From the NCBI GenBank assembly GCA_963723515.1, contig CAVRQT010000002.1:192001-256000 (forward strand): a stretch of DNA of 64,000 bases, in the 5' to 3' direction. This stretch comes from Vulcanimicrobiota bacterium (GTDB lineage: Bacteria > Vulcanimicrobiota > Vulcanimicrobiia > Vulcanimicrobiales > Vulcanimicrobiaceae). Shown here piece by piece: positions 29,612 to 39,756 of this stretch. The notes under the pieces are model-generated. The model worked only from the letters and a program-made list of their open reading frames with translations, was not told the DNA's origin and searched no databases. The position numbers were made by a program, and so were the translations under genes. The number at the start of each line of letters is the position of its first letter. Position 1 is the first letter of the stretch.

Positions 29612-29718
29612 GTTCTACCCCCTCCGAAGGCCCCACCGCTTGAATAGGGCCGGAGTATTCAGGGCCGCCCTTCCTTCCCCTTGCTTGGAGAACCCGCACG
29701 CGTGAAGGGAGGCCGAGC

Positions 29719-30592
29719 GTGGAGCCGCCGTTCGTTGCCTGGTCCGAGGTCTGTGCTCACCGAGGGATCCGCTCGGCCGGAATTCCGGAGACGGCCGCAG
29801 GCCTCTACGTCTGGGGATCGCTCCAGGGCCTCGAACGGCCGTGCGTCGCGATCGTCGGGACCCGGGCAGCCTCGCGAGCGGGTTATCTGCTCACGCGGAA
29901 GGTTGCCGCCGACCTTGCCGGAGCCGGCATTTGCGTCATTTCGGGGCTCGCGCTCGGCATCGACACGGCGGCCCACGAAGGCGCGCTCGAACGCAGCGCT
30001 CCCACGATCGGCATCCTCGGCGGGGGCCATGCCAATTTCTTTCCGTCGCGCAATCTGGCGCTGGCGCGACGCCATCGTTGCGGCGGGCGGAGCGGTATGC
30101 TCGCCGTACGAACCCGCGCGCCCCGCGATGCCTCATCAATTCTTGGAGCGCAATGCCATTGTGGCCGGGCTGGCGGACGCGGTCGTCGTCGTCGAAGCGC
30201 CATCGCGCAGCGGCGCGTTGAACACGGCCGCCTGGGCCGCTGGACGCATTCCGGTCCTGGTCTTTCCGGGTGACGTCGATCGCCGCAACGTTGCCGGATG
30301 TCTCGCATTGATTCGTGACGGAGCCACGCTCGTGCGCGATGCCGCCGACATTCTTGCGGAGCTTCGCGTGGATGCCGCACCACCACCACAACATGAACGC
30401 ACGATGCCGTTCAAACCGAATGATGCGCTTCAAACCAGCATCTTAGAGATGCTTGAATCGGAAGCGCAAAGCCAGGATCAACTGATCGAGGATCTCGACT
30501 CCGACGCGCCGTCGGTGCTCTCGGCGCTTACGCAGCTCGAGCTCGCGGGTGCAATCGAGCGCCGCGAGGCCGGCGTCTTCGCCCGGCGTTAA
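29719..30592 (+). CDS. dprA: DNA-processing protein DprA (apparent frameshift near 30065)
   Basis: VAIVGTR, ISGLALGIDTAAHEGAL, FLERNAIVAGL, VVEAPSRSGALNTA; C-terminal winged helix. Confidence 0.93.
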
Positions 30593-30626
30593 AGAACCGC
30601 GCACCGCTTCGGCGAAGACGGCGGCG

Positions 30627-32305
30627 ATGCCGAACGCAACGCATACGGCGCCCCTGCCCGAGGGCGCCCTGCAACAAGTCGCGGACGCTTTACGCAATGC
30701 GATCGAGCAAGAATTTCCAGCCGCGGATGCGCCTCTCGATTTTGAGCCGCCGCGACGTCCCGAATTCGGTGATTACGCGACAAACATCGCCTTTGCGCTC
30801 GCGCGCACGGCGCGGCGGGCGCCGCAAGCGGTTGCCTCCGCGTTGCTCGATGCGCGTCGATCGAAACGCTTTGGAGTCTGTTGTCAGCAGCATCGACGCT
30901 GTCGGAGGTTTCATCAACATCCGCCTGGCGCCGGCGTGCTGGCAAACGAACCTTGCGGTCATTCTGCGTGAAGGAACCGGTTTCGGAGATGCACCTTCGA
31001 ACGGCACGCGCGTTTCGCTCGAGTTCGGCAGTGCGAATCCAACGGGGCCGCTCGTCGTCGTTCAGGGACGCACGCTGAGCATCGGGCAGACACTTGCCAA
31101 TGCCATGCGCGCCCGCGGCTACGACGTCACGACGGAATGGATCATCAACGATGCCGGCGCACAGATCGATGCCCTCGGACGCTCGCTCTATGCGCGCTAC
31201 CGGCAACTCAGCGAGCCGGATTATCCATTTCCGGCTGCGGGATATCCGGGCGACTACCTCAAGCCGATCGCGCAGCGGATCTTCGAGCGCGATGGAGATC
31301 GCTGGAACGCAGCGCCGGAAGCCGAGTGGTTGCCGTATTTCCGTATCGCCGGCCGCGATGCGATCGTTGCGGAACAGCAAGCCGTTGCAATGCGGTTTCG
31401 AGTGCATTTCGATCGCTGGCAGAGCGAACTCGAACTCCACGAAAGCGGCCGCGTCGTCAAGGACCTTCAACGCTTGACCGATCGCGGACTGACGTACATG
31501 TCCGATGGCGCTCTCTATTTTCGCGCCACCCGCTTCGGCGACGATAAAGACCGCGTGCTCTTGCGCTCCGATGGTCGTCCAACGTACTACGCGCCTGATG
31601 TCGCCTACCACTACGAGAAGCTGCAGCGCGCCGATCGCGTCATCGACATCCTTGGGCCGGACCATCACGGTTATATCGGACGTCTAAAAGGCATTGCCGA
31701 TGCGCTCGGTTATCCCGGCGCACTCGAGGTGATCATCGCGCAGCAGATTACGCTGCTAAGCGGCGCCCAGAGCGTTTCGGTGAGCAAGCGCGCCGGCGCG
31801 ATCATCACGCTGGACGATATTCTTGACGATGTCGGCGTCGACGCGGCGCGCTTCTTTTTCATCATGCTGGCGCCTGAGTCGCCGCTCAAATTCGATCTCG
31901 CGCTCGCCAAAGAGCAGAGCGAAAATAATCCGGTCTACTACGTGCAGTACGGGCATGCGCGCATTTCGTCGGTGTTCAAGAATGCGGACGCCTCAGACAT
32001 TCAAGCGGCGTCCGACTTCACCAAACCTGAAGCGCCTCATCGAGCCCTGCGAACTGGCGTTAATTCGGCGGCTTTCAAGCCTGCCCCGAACGATCCAAAA
32101 CGTTGTCGATCAATTTGCGCCGCATCGTTTGACGCAATACGCGCGTGACGTCGCGGCGGACTTTCATCAATTTTATACGGAATGCCGCATCTTGGTTGAG
32201 GAGCCGGAACTGCGCTTGGCACGTTTGGCGCTCTGCATCGCCGCACGCACCGTGTTGGCGCGCGTGCTTCAGCTAATGGACGTCACCGCCCCGGAATCAA
32301 TGTAG
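30627..32305 (+). CDS. argS: Arginine--tRNA ligase (two apparent frameshifts)
   Basis: FGDYATN, LEFGSANPTGPL, DDKDRVL, LGPDHHGY, SKRAG, NPVYYVQYGHAR, APESM. Confidence 0.95.
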
Positions 32306-33521
32306 CCTTTAAGTGCTGCACGCTAATTAACGAGACTGTCACCCTGAGCTTGATCGCCGCTTCGAAGGCTAAGGATGACAACTCTTGCGACTGAGCTTTC
32401 GCGTATGCTTTCTTCGAAAGCCGGCGCGGCTCGGGACGCAGATCGAGCGGCTCAACGGGATGCCCTGTCAGCCACGGCGCGACGAAATAGCGCCAGAGAA
32501 TCTTAATGAGCGCGGCTGCGGGAATGCCCAAAATCAGTCCCGCAAACCCGAAGAGCTCACCGCCGGCGAACACCGCGAACATGACGCCGATCGGTGAGAC
32601 GCCCACCGACGTACCCATGATCTTTGGAACGAGAACGTTGTCGCTGATGCGCGCCACAACGAAGAGGATCAACTGCACCCAAAGGATCATCCAACCGCCT
32701 TGCGGAGCCGCAACGACAGCGCCGATCAGGTGGGCGGCGATCATCCCGACGATCGGAATCGCATAAGCGATCGCGCTTATCACACCGAGAATGAGCGCGA
32801 ATTTGAAGCCCACGATCGCAAGCAACACCGCAATCACGATACCGGTAATCGCGCTCACGATTATTTGTCCGGCGATGAAACTGCCGAACATGTGCGTCAC
32901 TTCATTGGAAAGCGACCGCGCAGTGGCGCGCCTTGACGTTGGGAAAAGCGCCACGAAGCCTTCCAAAATTTGCGTTCGCTGCAGCAAGAAGAAACAAGAG
33001 AGAATCAGCGCTGAAATCGCGATGAAGATCGCAGTAGCGGCACCGAGTAAGACGCTGCCCAGGGACGAAACGGAAGACGTTACGAGCGCCGAAACTTTAG
33101 CGCTAACGAGCTGCTGAAGGTTCAGAACCCCAGCAGGCAGATTCGCGTGCGCAAAACGTTGCCGCAGCATCGTCTCCCCGCCGAGCATCCAGCCTTGCGT
33201 CGACTTCAGGTATGCCGGCGCGTTTTGCACGAGCGCCTGACCTTGCTCGATCGTGGCGGGCAAGACGATCAACGCACCGATTGCCATTACGAGCAAAAGC
33301 ACGATGTAAACAAATGCGATCGCGAGTCCGCGCTTAACGCCCCGTGATTCTAAGTGGGTGACAATCGGCTGCGCTCCAAACGCGATGAAGGCAGCCACGA
33401 CGAAGATCGTGATCGTGCGCGGGATGTGCGATGCAAGCCAGAGCGCAAAAATCGCCGCGACGATACCGGCCGCGGTCAGGGCGATGCGGCGCATCGTCTG
33501 CGGGCTTACGGCGTTCGGCAT
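32283..33521 (-). CDS. AI-2E-family transporter (3' end uncertain)
   Basis: Multi-TM; FIAGQ, IPIVG, DNVLVPKIMGTSVGVSP, GGELFGFAGLILGIP. Confidence 0.88.
   Translation of the reverse strand: MPNAVSPQTMRRIALTAAGIVAAIFALWLASHIPRTITIFVVAAFIAFGAQPIVTHLESRGVKRGLAIAFVYIVLLLVMAIGALIVLPATIEQGQALVQNAPAYLKSTQGWMLGGETMLRQRFAHANLPAGVLNLQQLVSAKVSALVTSSVSSLGSVLLGAATAIFIAISALILSCFFLLQRTQILEGFVALFPTSRRATARSLSNEVTHMFGSFIAGQIIVSAITGIVIAVLLAIVGFKFALILGVISAIAYAIPIVGMIAAHLIGAVVAAPQGGWMILWVQLILFVVARISDNVLVPKIMGTSVGVSPIGVMFAVFAGGELFGFAGLILGIPAAALIKILWRYFVAPWLTGHPVEPLDLRPEPRRLSKKAYAKAQSQELSSLAFEAAIKLRVTVSLISVQHLKATLIPGR
32337..32380 (+). repeat. REP-like family 2 copy (degenerate)
   Basis: TGTCACCCTGAGCTTG...AAGGATGACA between the convergent argS and AI-2E gene ends. 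Confidence 0.65.
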
Positions 33522-33580
33522 AAGCATCGTCTCTGCGAGATACTGCCGTGCGGCCGGAAAGTTCCGACGCCATTTGGTCT

Positions 33581-33683
33581 GACATCGCACGATGCGCGAT
33601 GTCTGGCGCTCCGGCTCCCTTTTGCCACGATGCGGCAAAAAGGGCCTACGCGCCCCCGCCCAAACTGTCGCGGGCGGGCCCCC
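33581..33683 (+). repeat. Tri-hairpin element, copy C
   Basis: GACATCGC-acgatgc-GCGATGTC, tggcgctcc linker, TTTTGCC-acgatgc-GGCAAAA, CCCGCCC-aaactgtcgc-GGGCGGG. Confidence 0.9.
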
Positions 33684-33684
33684 A

Positions 33685-34254
33685 TCATATTCGGCGCGAT
33701 CCCGGGTCGCTCAGCGGCACACCGGCTTTACACTGTGGACATGCGTCGGCTTCATATGAGTCCAACGGGAGATTCAGCAATGCAAACGTTTGCACGCCGA
33801 AGTCGACCGGCGCTCGCTGCACGATCGCTCCAACGCCGACAACTTGCGCACCACGATCGCGTCCTAGCTGCACAACTTCGCGTACCGATCGTCCCGTCGT
33901 AATGACGTCCTCCACGACGAGCGCGCGATCTTGCGAAGTCAGCGCAAAATCCCGACGCAGCGCCGGCCTTCCCTCTTCTTTCTCGACGAAAATCGCCTTC
34001 GTTCCGAGCACGCGCGCGACTTCGTAGCCCAGCAAAATGCCGCCGACGGCAGCGCTGAGCACCACCGTTGGATCGCAGTCTTCAAAATGCCGGGCGATTG
34101 CGTCCGCCAGCGGCGCGAGCAACTTCGGATCTTCTAAGATGCGGAACTTTTGCACGAAACGGTCGCTGTGCCGTCCTGAACTCAACAAGAAGTGGCCGCT
34201 TTGCAAAGCGCCGCGCCCTTGCAGCTCTTCGAAGAGATCCGTAACGGCGCTCAT
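33685..34254 (-). CDS. pyrE: Orotate phosphoribosyltransferase
   Basis: [11 protein letters not shown] and [15 protein letters not shown] motif; lies in the pyr operon. Confidence 0.95.
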   Translation of the reverse strand: MSAVTDLFEELQGRGALQSGHFLLSSGRHSDRFVQKFRILEDPKLLAPLADAIARHFEDCDPTVVLSAAVGGILLGYEVARVLGTKAIFVEKEEGRPALRRDFALTSQDRALVVEDVITTGRSVREVVQLGRDRGAQVVGVGAIVQRAPVDFGVQTFALLNLPLDSYEADACPQCKAGVPLSDPGSRRI

Positions 34255-34970
34255 GCCACTTCGACGCCTTGCATCTCATCCAGAATCGCGCGCGCCGCGG
34301 CGCGCGGATCATCGGACTCGGTGATCGGCCGGCCGACAACGAGATAATCAGCACCGGCCGATACCGCTTGCGCGGGCGTCGTGACCCGCTTTTGGTCGCC
34401 GTGTACGGTACCAAGGGGACGAATCGCGGGCGTCAACGTCAGGAAATCTTGCCCGAAAAACTGCTTGATGTCGGCAACTTCTTGCGCGCTGCAGACGATG
34501 CCGCTGCATCCGGCGTCACGGGCGAGGGCCGCGAGCCGAATCGCGTTCTCTCCCGGACCGCCCGAGAGGCCGAGTTCGCGCAAATCTTCGTTTCCAATGC
34601 TCGTGAGAATCGTGACGGCAAAAAGATAAGGCACCGTCACTCCTAATTCGCTCGCGCGCGCGTCCGCGGCCTCAACGGCCGCCGCCATCATTTCGTTTCC
34701 GCCGAGCGCATGCACCGTGATGATGTGGGCTCCAGGACGTACGAGGGCTCGCACACCGGCGGCGACGGTATGCGGAATGTCGTGCAGTTTTGCGTCCGCA
34801 AAGTAGCGTACGTCGCGTTGCTCGATGTAGTCGAGAAGCGGTCCGCCGTAGCCGTAGAACGCTTCGAGGCCAACTTTGAAAATGACGTCGAGTTCGTAGA
34901 GCTCATCGATCAACGACCGCGCTCGCTCGAATGTATCGACGTCCAGCGCGACGATCAGCGATGCACTCAA
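34251..34970 (-). CDS. pyrF: Orotidine-5'-phosphate decarboxylase
   Basis: [32 protein letters not shown]. Confidence 0.96.
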   Translation of the reverse strand: MSASLIVALDVDTFERARSLIDELYELDVIFKVGLEAFYGYGGPLLDYIEQRDVRYFADAKLHDIPHTVAAGVRALVRPGAHIITVHALGGNEMMAAAVEAADARASELGVTVPYLFAVTILTSIGNEDLRELGLSGGPGENAIRLAALARDAGCSGIVCSAQEVADIKQFFGQDFLTLTPAIRPLGTVHGDQKRVTTPAQAVSAGADYLVVGRPITESDDPRAAARAILDEMQGVEVA

Positions 34971-35920
34971 CCCTCGTCTCCTTCGTATTGATGCGCGCTC
35001 GAGAAACCGATGTTCGCTTTGCCGATGATCTCCTTGAGCGAGCTTAGGTTGCGTTGCTGCAAATAGCCGCGCAGCCCTTCGACGATGCGTAGTGGCGCAC
35101 GCGGATCAGTAAAATTGGCGGTGCCGATGCAGACCGCCGTAGCGCCCGCCAAGAAGAACTCCAGCGCATCGTTTGTCGTTTCGATCCCGCCTTGTCCGAC
35201 GATCGGAATGTGCACCGCACGCGCGACTTCATACACGGCCAGCACCGCGATTGGGCGGATCGCGGCCCCGGAGAGGCCGCCTGCGACGTTGCCGAGCCGT
35301 GGCCGCCACGCATCGACGTCGATCGACATCGCGCGCACCGTGTTGATCACGGCAAGGGCATCTGCGCCGGCTTCTTGCGCCTCTAGCGCGATCGCCGCAA
35401 TGTCGGTGACGTTTGGCGACAGCTTGACGATCAGCGGCTTATCGGTGACGCTTCGCCCAAGCGCAACGACTTTTTTTGTCAGTCGCGGATCGCAGGCGAA
35501 GGTCTCGCCTTCGGATGCGACGTTCGGACATGAGATGTTGACCTCGATCGCGGCGATTTCTTTACGCCGCGCCAATCGCTCGGTGATGTAACCGTAATCG
35601 TCGACCGAAAAGCCGGCAACACTGCCGATGATCGCGCACGGACGGTCGGCGAATTTGCGAACCTCGTGCTCGAGGTACCAATCAATGCCCGGATTCTGCA
35701 GTCCGATCGCGTTGAGGAATCCCGAGGGCGTCGGCATCAGACGCGGCGTCGCATTTCCGAGCCGAGGCCAGCGCGTGACGCTCTTGAGCACGATGCCGCC
35801 GACCTTGGAAAGATCGACGAACGGCGCGTACTCAGCTCCTGAACCGTAACAGCCGCTCGCCATCAAGGTCGGAAGCGGCAATTGCAACTTGCCGAGCGAG
35901 ACGGAGAGGTCGATCACCAT
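34967..35920 (-). CDS. pyrD: Dihydroorotate dehydrogenase, family 1B catalytic subunit
   Basis: [34 protein letters not shown]. Confidence 0.95.
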   Translation of the reverse strand: MVIDLSVSLGKLQLPLPTLMASGCYGSGAEYAPFVDLSKVGGIVLKSVTRWPRLGNATPRLMPTPSGFLNAIGLQNPGIDWYLEHEVRKFADRPCAIIGSVAGFSVDDYGYITERLARRKEIAAIEVNISCPNVASEGETFACDPRLTKKVVALGRSVTDKPLIVKLSPNVTDIAAIALEAQEAGADALAVINTVRAMSIDVDAWRPRLGNVAGGLSGAAIRPIAVLAVYEVARAVHIPIVGQGGIETTNDALEFFLAGATAVCIGTANFTDPRAPLRIVEGLRGYLQQRNLSSLKEIIGKANIGFSSAHQYEGDEG

Positions 35921-36748
35921 CGCAACTCATGCGCCCAGAAGACCGGGCCTTCTTTGCAGATTCGCGCGTATACGGGATCGCTTCTCACGCCGTCGGTGGA
36001 AAGCATCGGAAAGCGCGGCGCTTGATCGCTGCCGCGCTCGATCGGGATGACGCAGCCCCAGCATGCGCCCACGCCACAGGCAAATGTTTCCTCCAATGAA
36101 AGTTGGGCGCGCGTTTTCATTTGCGCCGCAACTTTGCCGACGGCATGCAGCATCGGCGACGGTCCGCAGGCCAAAATCAAATCCGGCACATCATCGGTTT
36201 GCGCGAGCAAATCCGTCACGAATCCGCCGTGGCCGTAGGAACCGTCATCGGTGGCGCAATGAACGGTGCAGCCGGCTTGCGCAAATTTTTCTGCATCCAC
36301 GAGCAGCGCGCTCGTTCTCGCGCCATAGTAGAGCCGAACCCGCACGCCGTTCTGGATCAAGCGCGCGCGCCGCGAGCAGCACCGACGCGATGCCGACGCC
36401 GCCCGCGACGATGGCCACGTTTTTCATCCCACGCTCCAGATCGAAGCCGTTGCCTAGGGGCCCAAATAGATCGAGCGTTTCGCCCGGCGCAACATCGGCA
36501 AGTTCGCGGGTGCGCGGACCACAAACCAGCACCATGAAACTCGCACGCTCGCCTTCCGCTTCATAGACGCCAAGCGCGACGGATGCACGTTCTCCCGACG
36601 GCGGAATCATCATAACGAAATGTCCCGGACGCGTCACAGCGACAAGTTGCGGGGCGTGTAAACCGATGACGACGACGCCGGGAGCGAGTTCGGTGCGGTC
36701 GAGCACCGTGGTTGTATGCACCGCCGCGCTCGATTGGACCAAGGGCAT
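35914..36748 (-). CDS. pyrK: Dihydroorotate dehydrogenase electron-transfer subunit (apparent frameshift near 36365)
   Basis: GPLGNGF, VAGGVG, ATDDGS, ACGP, ACGVGACWGC...RICKEGPVF. Confidence 0.92.
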
Positions 36749-36816
36749 CGGGGCGGAAGCTTCTCGGCAACGATTAGGCAACCATGCGCCAAGAAGATAT
36801 GCTAAATGCGACGGTC

Positions 36817-36924
36817 GGGGGCCCATCCGCGAAGTTTGGATGGGGGCGCGAAGTTCGTTTCTGTCGCATCGTGACAGAAACGAAACGGAGCGCCAAGCGT
36901 CAGGCGAAGTCTGACGCTATAAAG
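36817..36924 (-). repeat. Tri-hairpin element, copy D (reverse orientation)
   Basis: Minus strand: AGCGTCAG-acttcgc-CTGACGCT, tggcgctcc linker, TTCGTTTCTGTC-acgatgc-GACAGAAACGAA, CCCATCC-aaacttcgc-GGATGGG. Confidence 0.9.
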
Positions 36925-37039
36925 AGGGATGCGATTCACCGAATTTTAAGTTTGCTACGAGAAATAGAGAACCGGTTGAATCTCTGAACCGTTATTAGGG
37001 TAGAACGGTTAGAAAACAAAGAAAGGGGGGTCCAGGAAC

Positions 37040-37180
37040 ATGGCAGGTCTGATGGTCTTTAAATCGTTAGCCGACGCGCTAAGAGCGGGCTACCAAGTCT
37101 ACGACCGCACTGCGGACGGATATCTCGTTCGTACACGAACTGCAGCTGGATGGGCGATAGCTCTGGTTTCCTGCAAGTGA
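37040..37180 (+). CDS. Monocistronic 46-aa small protein
   Basis: Not in the track. MAGLMVFKSLADALRAGYQVYDRTADGYLVRTRTAAGWAIALVSCK; purine-rich RBS upstream and a terminator downstream. Confidence 0.8.
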   Translation: MAGLMVFKSLADALRAGYQVYDRTADGYLVRTRTAAGWAIALVSCK

Positions 37181-37205
37181 CCCCTGGATCGCAGGACTCA
37201 TAAGC

Positions 37206-37240
37206 AAAGCGGCGTCGAAAGACGCCGCTTTAAATTTATT
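37206..37240. terminator. Bidirectional intrinsic terminator
   Basis: AAAGCGGCGTC-gaaa-GACGCCGCTTT followed by an AT-rich tail, between convergent genes. Confidence 0.85.
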
Positions 37241-37275
37241 ACGAGGCCTCTCTTGAGCATGGGCCGAACTCTTCT

Positions 37276-37870
37276 TCAGCGAACGTTGTCAGGCGGTCGC
37301 GTCGGCGGCTCAAGCTCTACCGTTCGATCCCGGGCGATAAGAATAGGTTCCCGGCGAAACGTCGCGCGGTGCTTGCTGCGCCGCAGTATTCCCATTGATT
37401 GGGGGCGGATTGTAGGGAATCCCAAACCCGGCGAAACGGGCGCCGGACATCACCGCGATCACAATTTGCGCAACGCCGACACAGAGCGGAATCAATCCGC
37501 CGAGCAGCCACGGTCCCGGCCGGCCGATATCGATGAACGACAATCCGATCAAGAGCGCAAGGCCGACGAAAGCGACGACAATGCCTTTGCGAAGCTGCGC
37601 TTGCGCGCCGGCTTGTTCGTAGGCATAAAGCTGCGCATTTACGTCAGGAGGCGTTTGTGGGCCGGCTTGCGGCGGCGGCACGAACGGTGCGCCATATTTC
37701 GCGTAGCGCCGCAGATCGCGCGGATTGGGCGGCGGGACGATCCCGTGTTTGATCATTTCGATACGTTCCTGATGCGCTAAGACACGCGATACGATGAACG
37801 CGGCAACGGGAAGCCCAAAGATGCAGATGACTGCAGCGAGTGGGACAAGCAGCCCAGCAAGTGAGTCCAT
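37276..37870 (-). CDS. DUF6249-like membrane protein (apparent frameshift at the 3' end)
   Basis: TM segment, HQERIEMIKHG, LRKGIVVAFVGLAL, GLIPLCVGVAQI. Confidence 0.8.
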
Positions 37871-37872
37871 CG

Positions 37873-37989
37873 TTATATCCTCGGGCCCCAGCCGGCGAAC
37901 GTCGTGCGGGCATCGCCGGCGTTGCCTTCGATTTCGGGGAGAGGCAGCGTCGTTCTGCCGAAGTTGCGGTGGGTGTACGGCGTGATCAT
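37873..37989 (-). CDS. 38-aa small ORF directly under the ECF promoter
   Basis: GGAG RBS; MITPYTHRNFGRTTLPLPEIEGNAGDARTTFAGWGPRI; stop 2 nt before the next ATG. Confidence 0.5.
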   Translation of the reverse strand: MITPYTHRNFGRTTLPLPEIEGNAGDARTTFAGWGPRI

Positions 37990-38023
37990 ATTTTCTCCAA
38001 ACTCCTCATGCGTCTGCCCTAAG

Positions 38024-38085
38024 TACGTCGCAGCAGGCTCGCGGTTTCAGAGACGACCCTGAAACACCGACGGCACCCGTCCGTA
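38024..38085. promoter_or_regulatory. Back-to-back ECF (SigW-type) promoters
   Basis: Plus strand TGAAAC (38060-65)-N16-CGTA (38082-85); minus strand TGAAAC (38049-44)-N16-CGTA (38027-24). Confidence 0.85.
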
Positions 38086-38094
38086 GTTAAGAGT

Positions 38095-38669
38095 GTGGCA
38101 GCCGCAGCCTTGGATCTCCCGGGCGTGACGTTGCGGGCCGCTCCGGATAGCGACCACAGCTCGTGATGGAGGCGCTTCGGGGCGATCCCGATGCCTTCGC
38201 TGCACTCGTCCAACGATACGACCGCGCGGTCTACCACTTGGCATACCGCACGATGCGCGATGAGGAGGAAGCAAAGGATGTGGCCCAAGAGGCGTTTTTC
38301 AAAGCCTACCGCAGTCTCAAGACGTTTAAGCCGGGCGCAAAATTCTCAACCTGGATCTTTGCGATCACGTACCACGCCTGTTGCGACCGCCTCAACCGGC
38401 GTAAACGGTATTCCGATGAGGAGCTGCCCGAGCGCGCCGATTCCGCACGCGGCCCGGCCGACACGGTCATTGCCGGCGATGAGGCGCGCCGCTTGCGCCG
38501 AGCGATTCTCGAACTTCCCGAGAAGTACCGGACGGTCGTGACGCTCTACCACCTGCAGGGTAAGCAATACGATGACATCGCAAATGTTCTCGGGATACCC
38601 GTCGGAACCGTGAAGACGCACCTCTTTCGAGCCAAAGAGCACCTGCGCAGAATTCTCACGGCTGACTGA
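38095..38669 (+). CDS. ECF RNA polymerase sigma factor (probable GTG start at 38095 with an indel near 38158)
   Basis: GDPDAFAALV, AKDVAQEAFFKAY, KFSTWIFAI, GTVKTHLFRAK. Confidence 0.93.
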
Positions 38670-38683
38670 AGTGGAGAGATGAC

Positions 38684-39060
38684 ATGATGCACGAACACGA
38701 CGACGATCTCGATCGACTGCTTTTCGAGATACCCCTCGAAGAGCCGCCTGCGGATCTGCGCACCTCGATCTTGCATGCAACGATCTATCGTCCGGCGTTC
38801 TCTCTAAAGCCGTGGGAGCTGTGGATGTGCGGCACGATCGCCGCCATCGCGCTGTGGCTCGCCGTTTTGATCTTCCGTGACGGCGGAGATGCATTCATGC
38901 GGACCGTCTCAGTGCTTGGCACGATCTCTCTTCATGCGCTGCTTGCGCAGAATACTTGGCTCTGGATCGCGGCGGGAATCGGCGCGGCGTTCTGGCTGCT
39001 GATCCTTAATCCGCTTCCAATGCCGGTGCCACGGTTTTTCAGCGTTACGCTCGCCATTAA
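38684..39060 (+). CDS. Putative membrane anti-sigma factor (3' end approximate)
   Basis: Directly after the ECF gene; LEEPPADLRTSIL followed by TM segments. Confidence 0.7.
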
Positions 39061-39063
39061 GGA

Positions 39064-39744
39064 ATGCAGAAAGACGGACGGCCGTTTCGCATCCTCATCG
39101 TCGAGGACGATCACGCAATAAACCGCGTGCTTCAGCTCGAACTGGAGCATGAAGGGTATTTCGTGGAGACCGCGCGCGACGGTTTGGCCGGGCTCGAAAA
39201 AGCGCTCAAAGAGCCCGACCTGATTATCCTGGACTTGATGCTGCCGAAGATGGACGGTCTCGAAGTCTGTAAACGCGTCCGCCGAAAGAGCCGCGTGCCG
39301 ATTATCATGCTCACGGCGAAGGATCGAATTCCGGACCGCATTGCCGGCCTCGACATAGGTGCCGATGATTATTTGACCAAGCCGTTTGCGACCGAAGAGC
39401 TATTAGCGCGCGTGCGAGCACGCTTGCGCGAAAAAGCGCCGGCGAACAACACGATCGCATACAAAGATTTGGTGATGGACCGCGATCGTCATGAAGTACT
39501 TCGTGATGGCCGCTCGATCAATCTGACGGCCAAGGAGTACGCGCTGCTCGAGTATCTCTTGCTGCACCGCAACAAAGTCCATACGCGCGACGAACTTTTT
39601 AACGGCGTCTGGGGCAGCGATTTCTTGGGCGACTCCAACCTGATCGATGTCTACATCCGCTACCTGCGCGGCAAAGTCGACGACGGCTTCCCGGAGAAAT
39701 TGATCACAACGGTACGCGGCGTCGGCTACACGATCAAAGATTAA
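39064..39744 (+). CDS. OmpR-family response regulator
   Basis: ILIVEDD, ILDLMLP, GADDYLTKPF, IDVYIRYLR, TVRGVGY. Confidence 0.96.
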   Translation: MQKDGRPFRILIVEDDHAINRVLQLELEHEGYFVETARDGLAGLEKALKEPDLIILDLMLPKMDGLEVCKRVRRKSRVPIIMLTAKDRIPDRIAGLDIGADDYLTKPFATEELLARVRARLREKAPANNTIAYKDLVMDRDRHEVLRDGRSINLTAKEYALLEYLLLHRNKVHTRDELFNGVWGSDFLGDSNLIDVYIRYLRGKVDDGFPEKLITTVRGVGYTIKD

Positions 39745-39756
39745 GGGAACCTCTTA

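Noticed and set aside
36784..36987. PyrR attenuator or 67-aa ORF upstream of pyrK
   Set aside because: The hairpins are copy D of the dispersed element; I see no PyrR-binding motif or U-tailed terminator.
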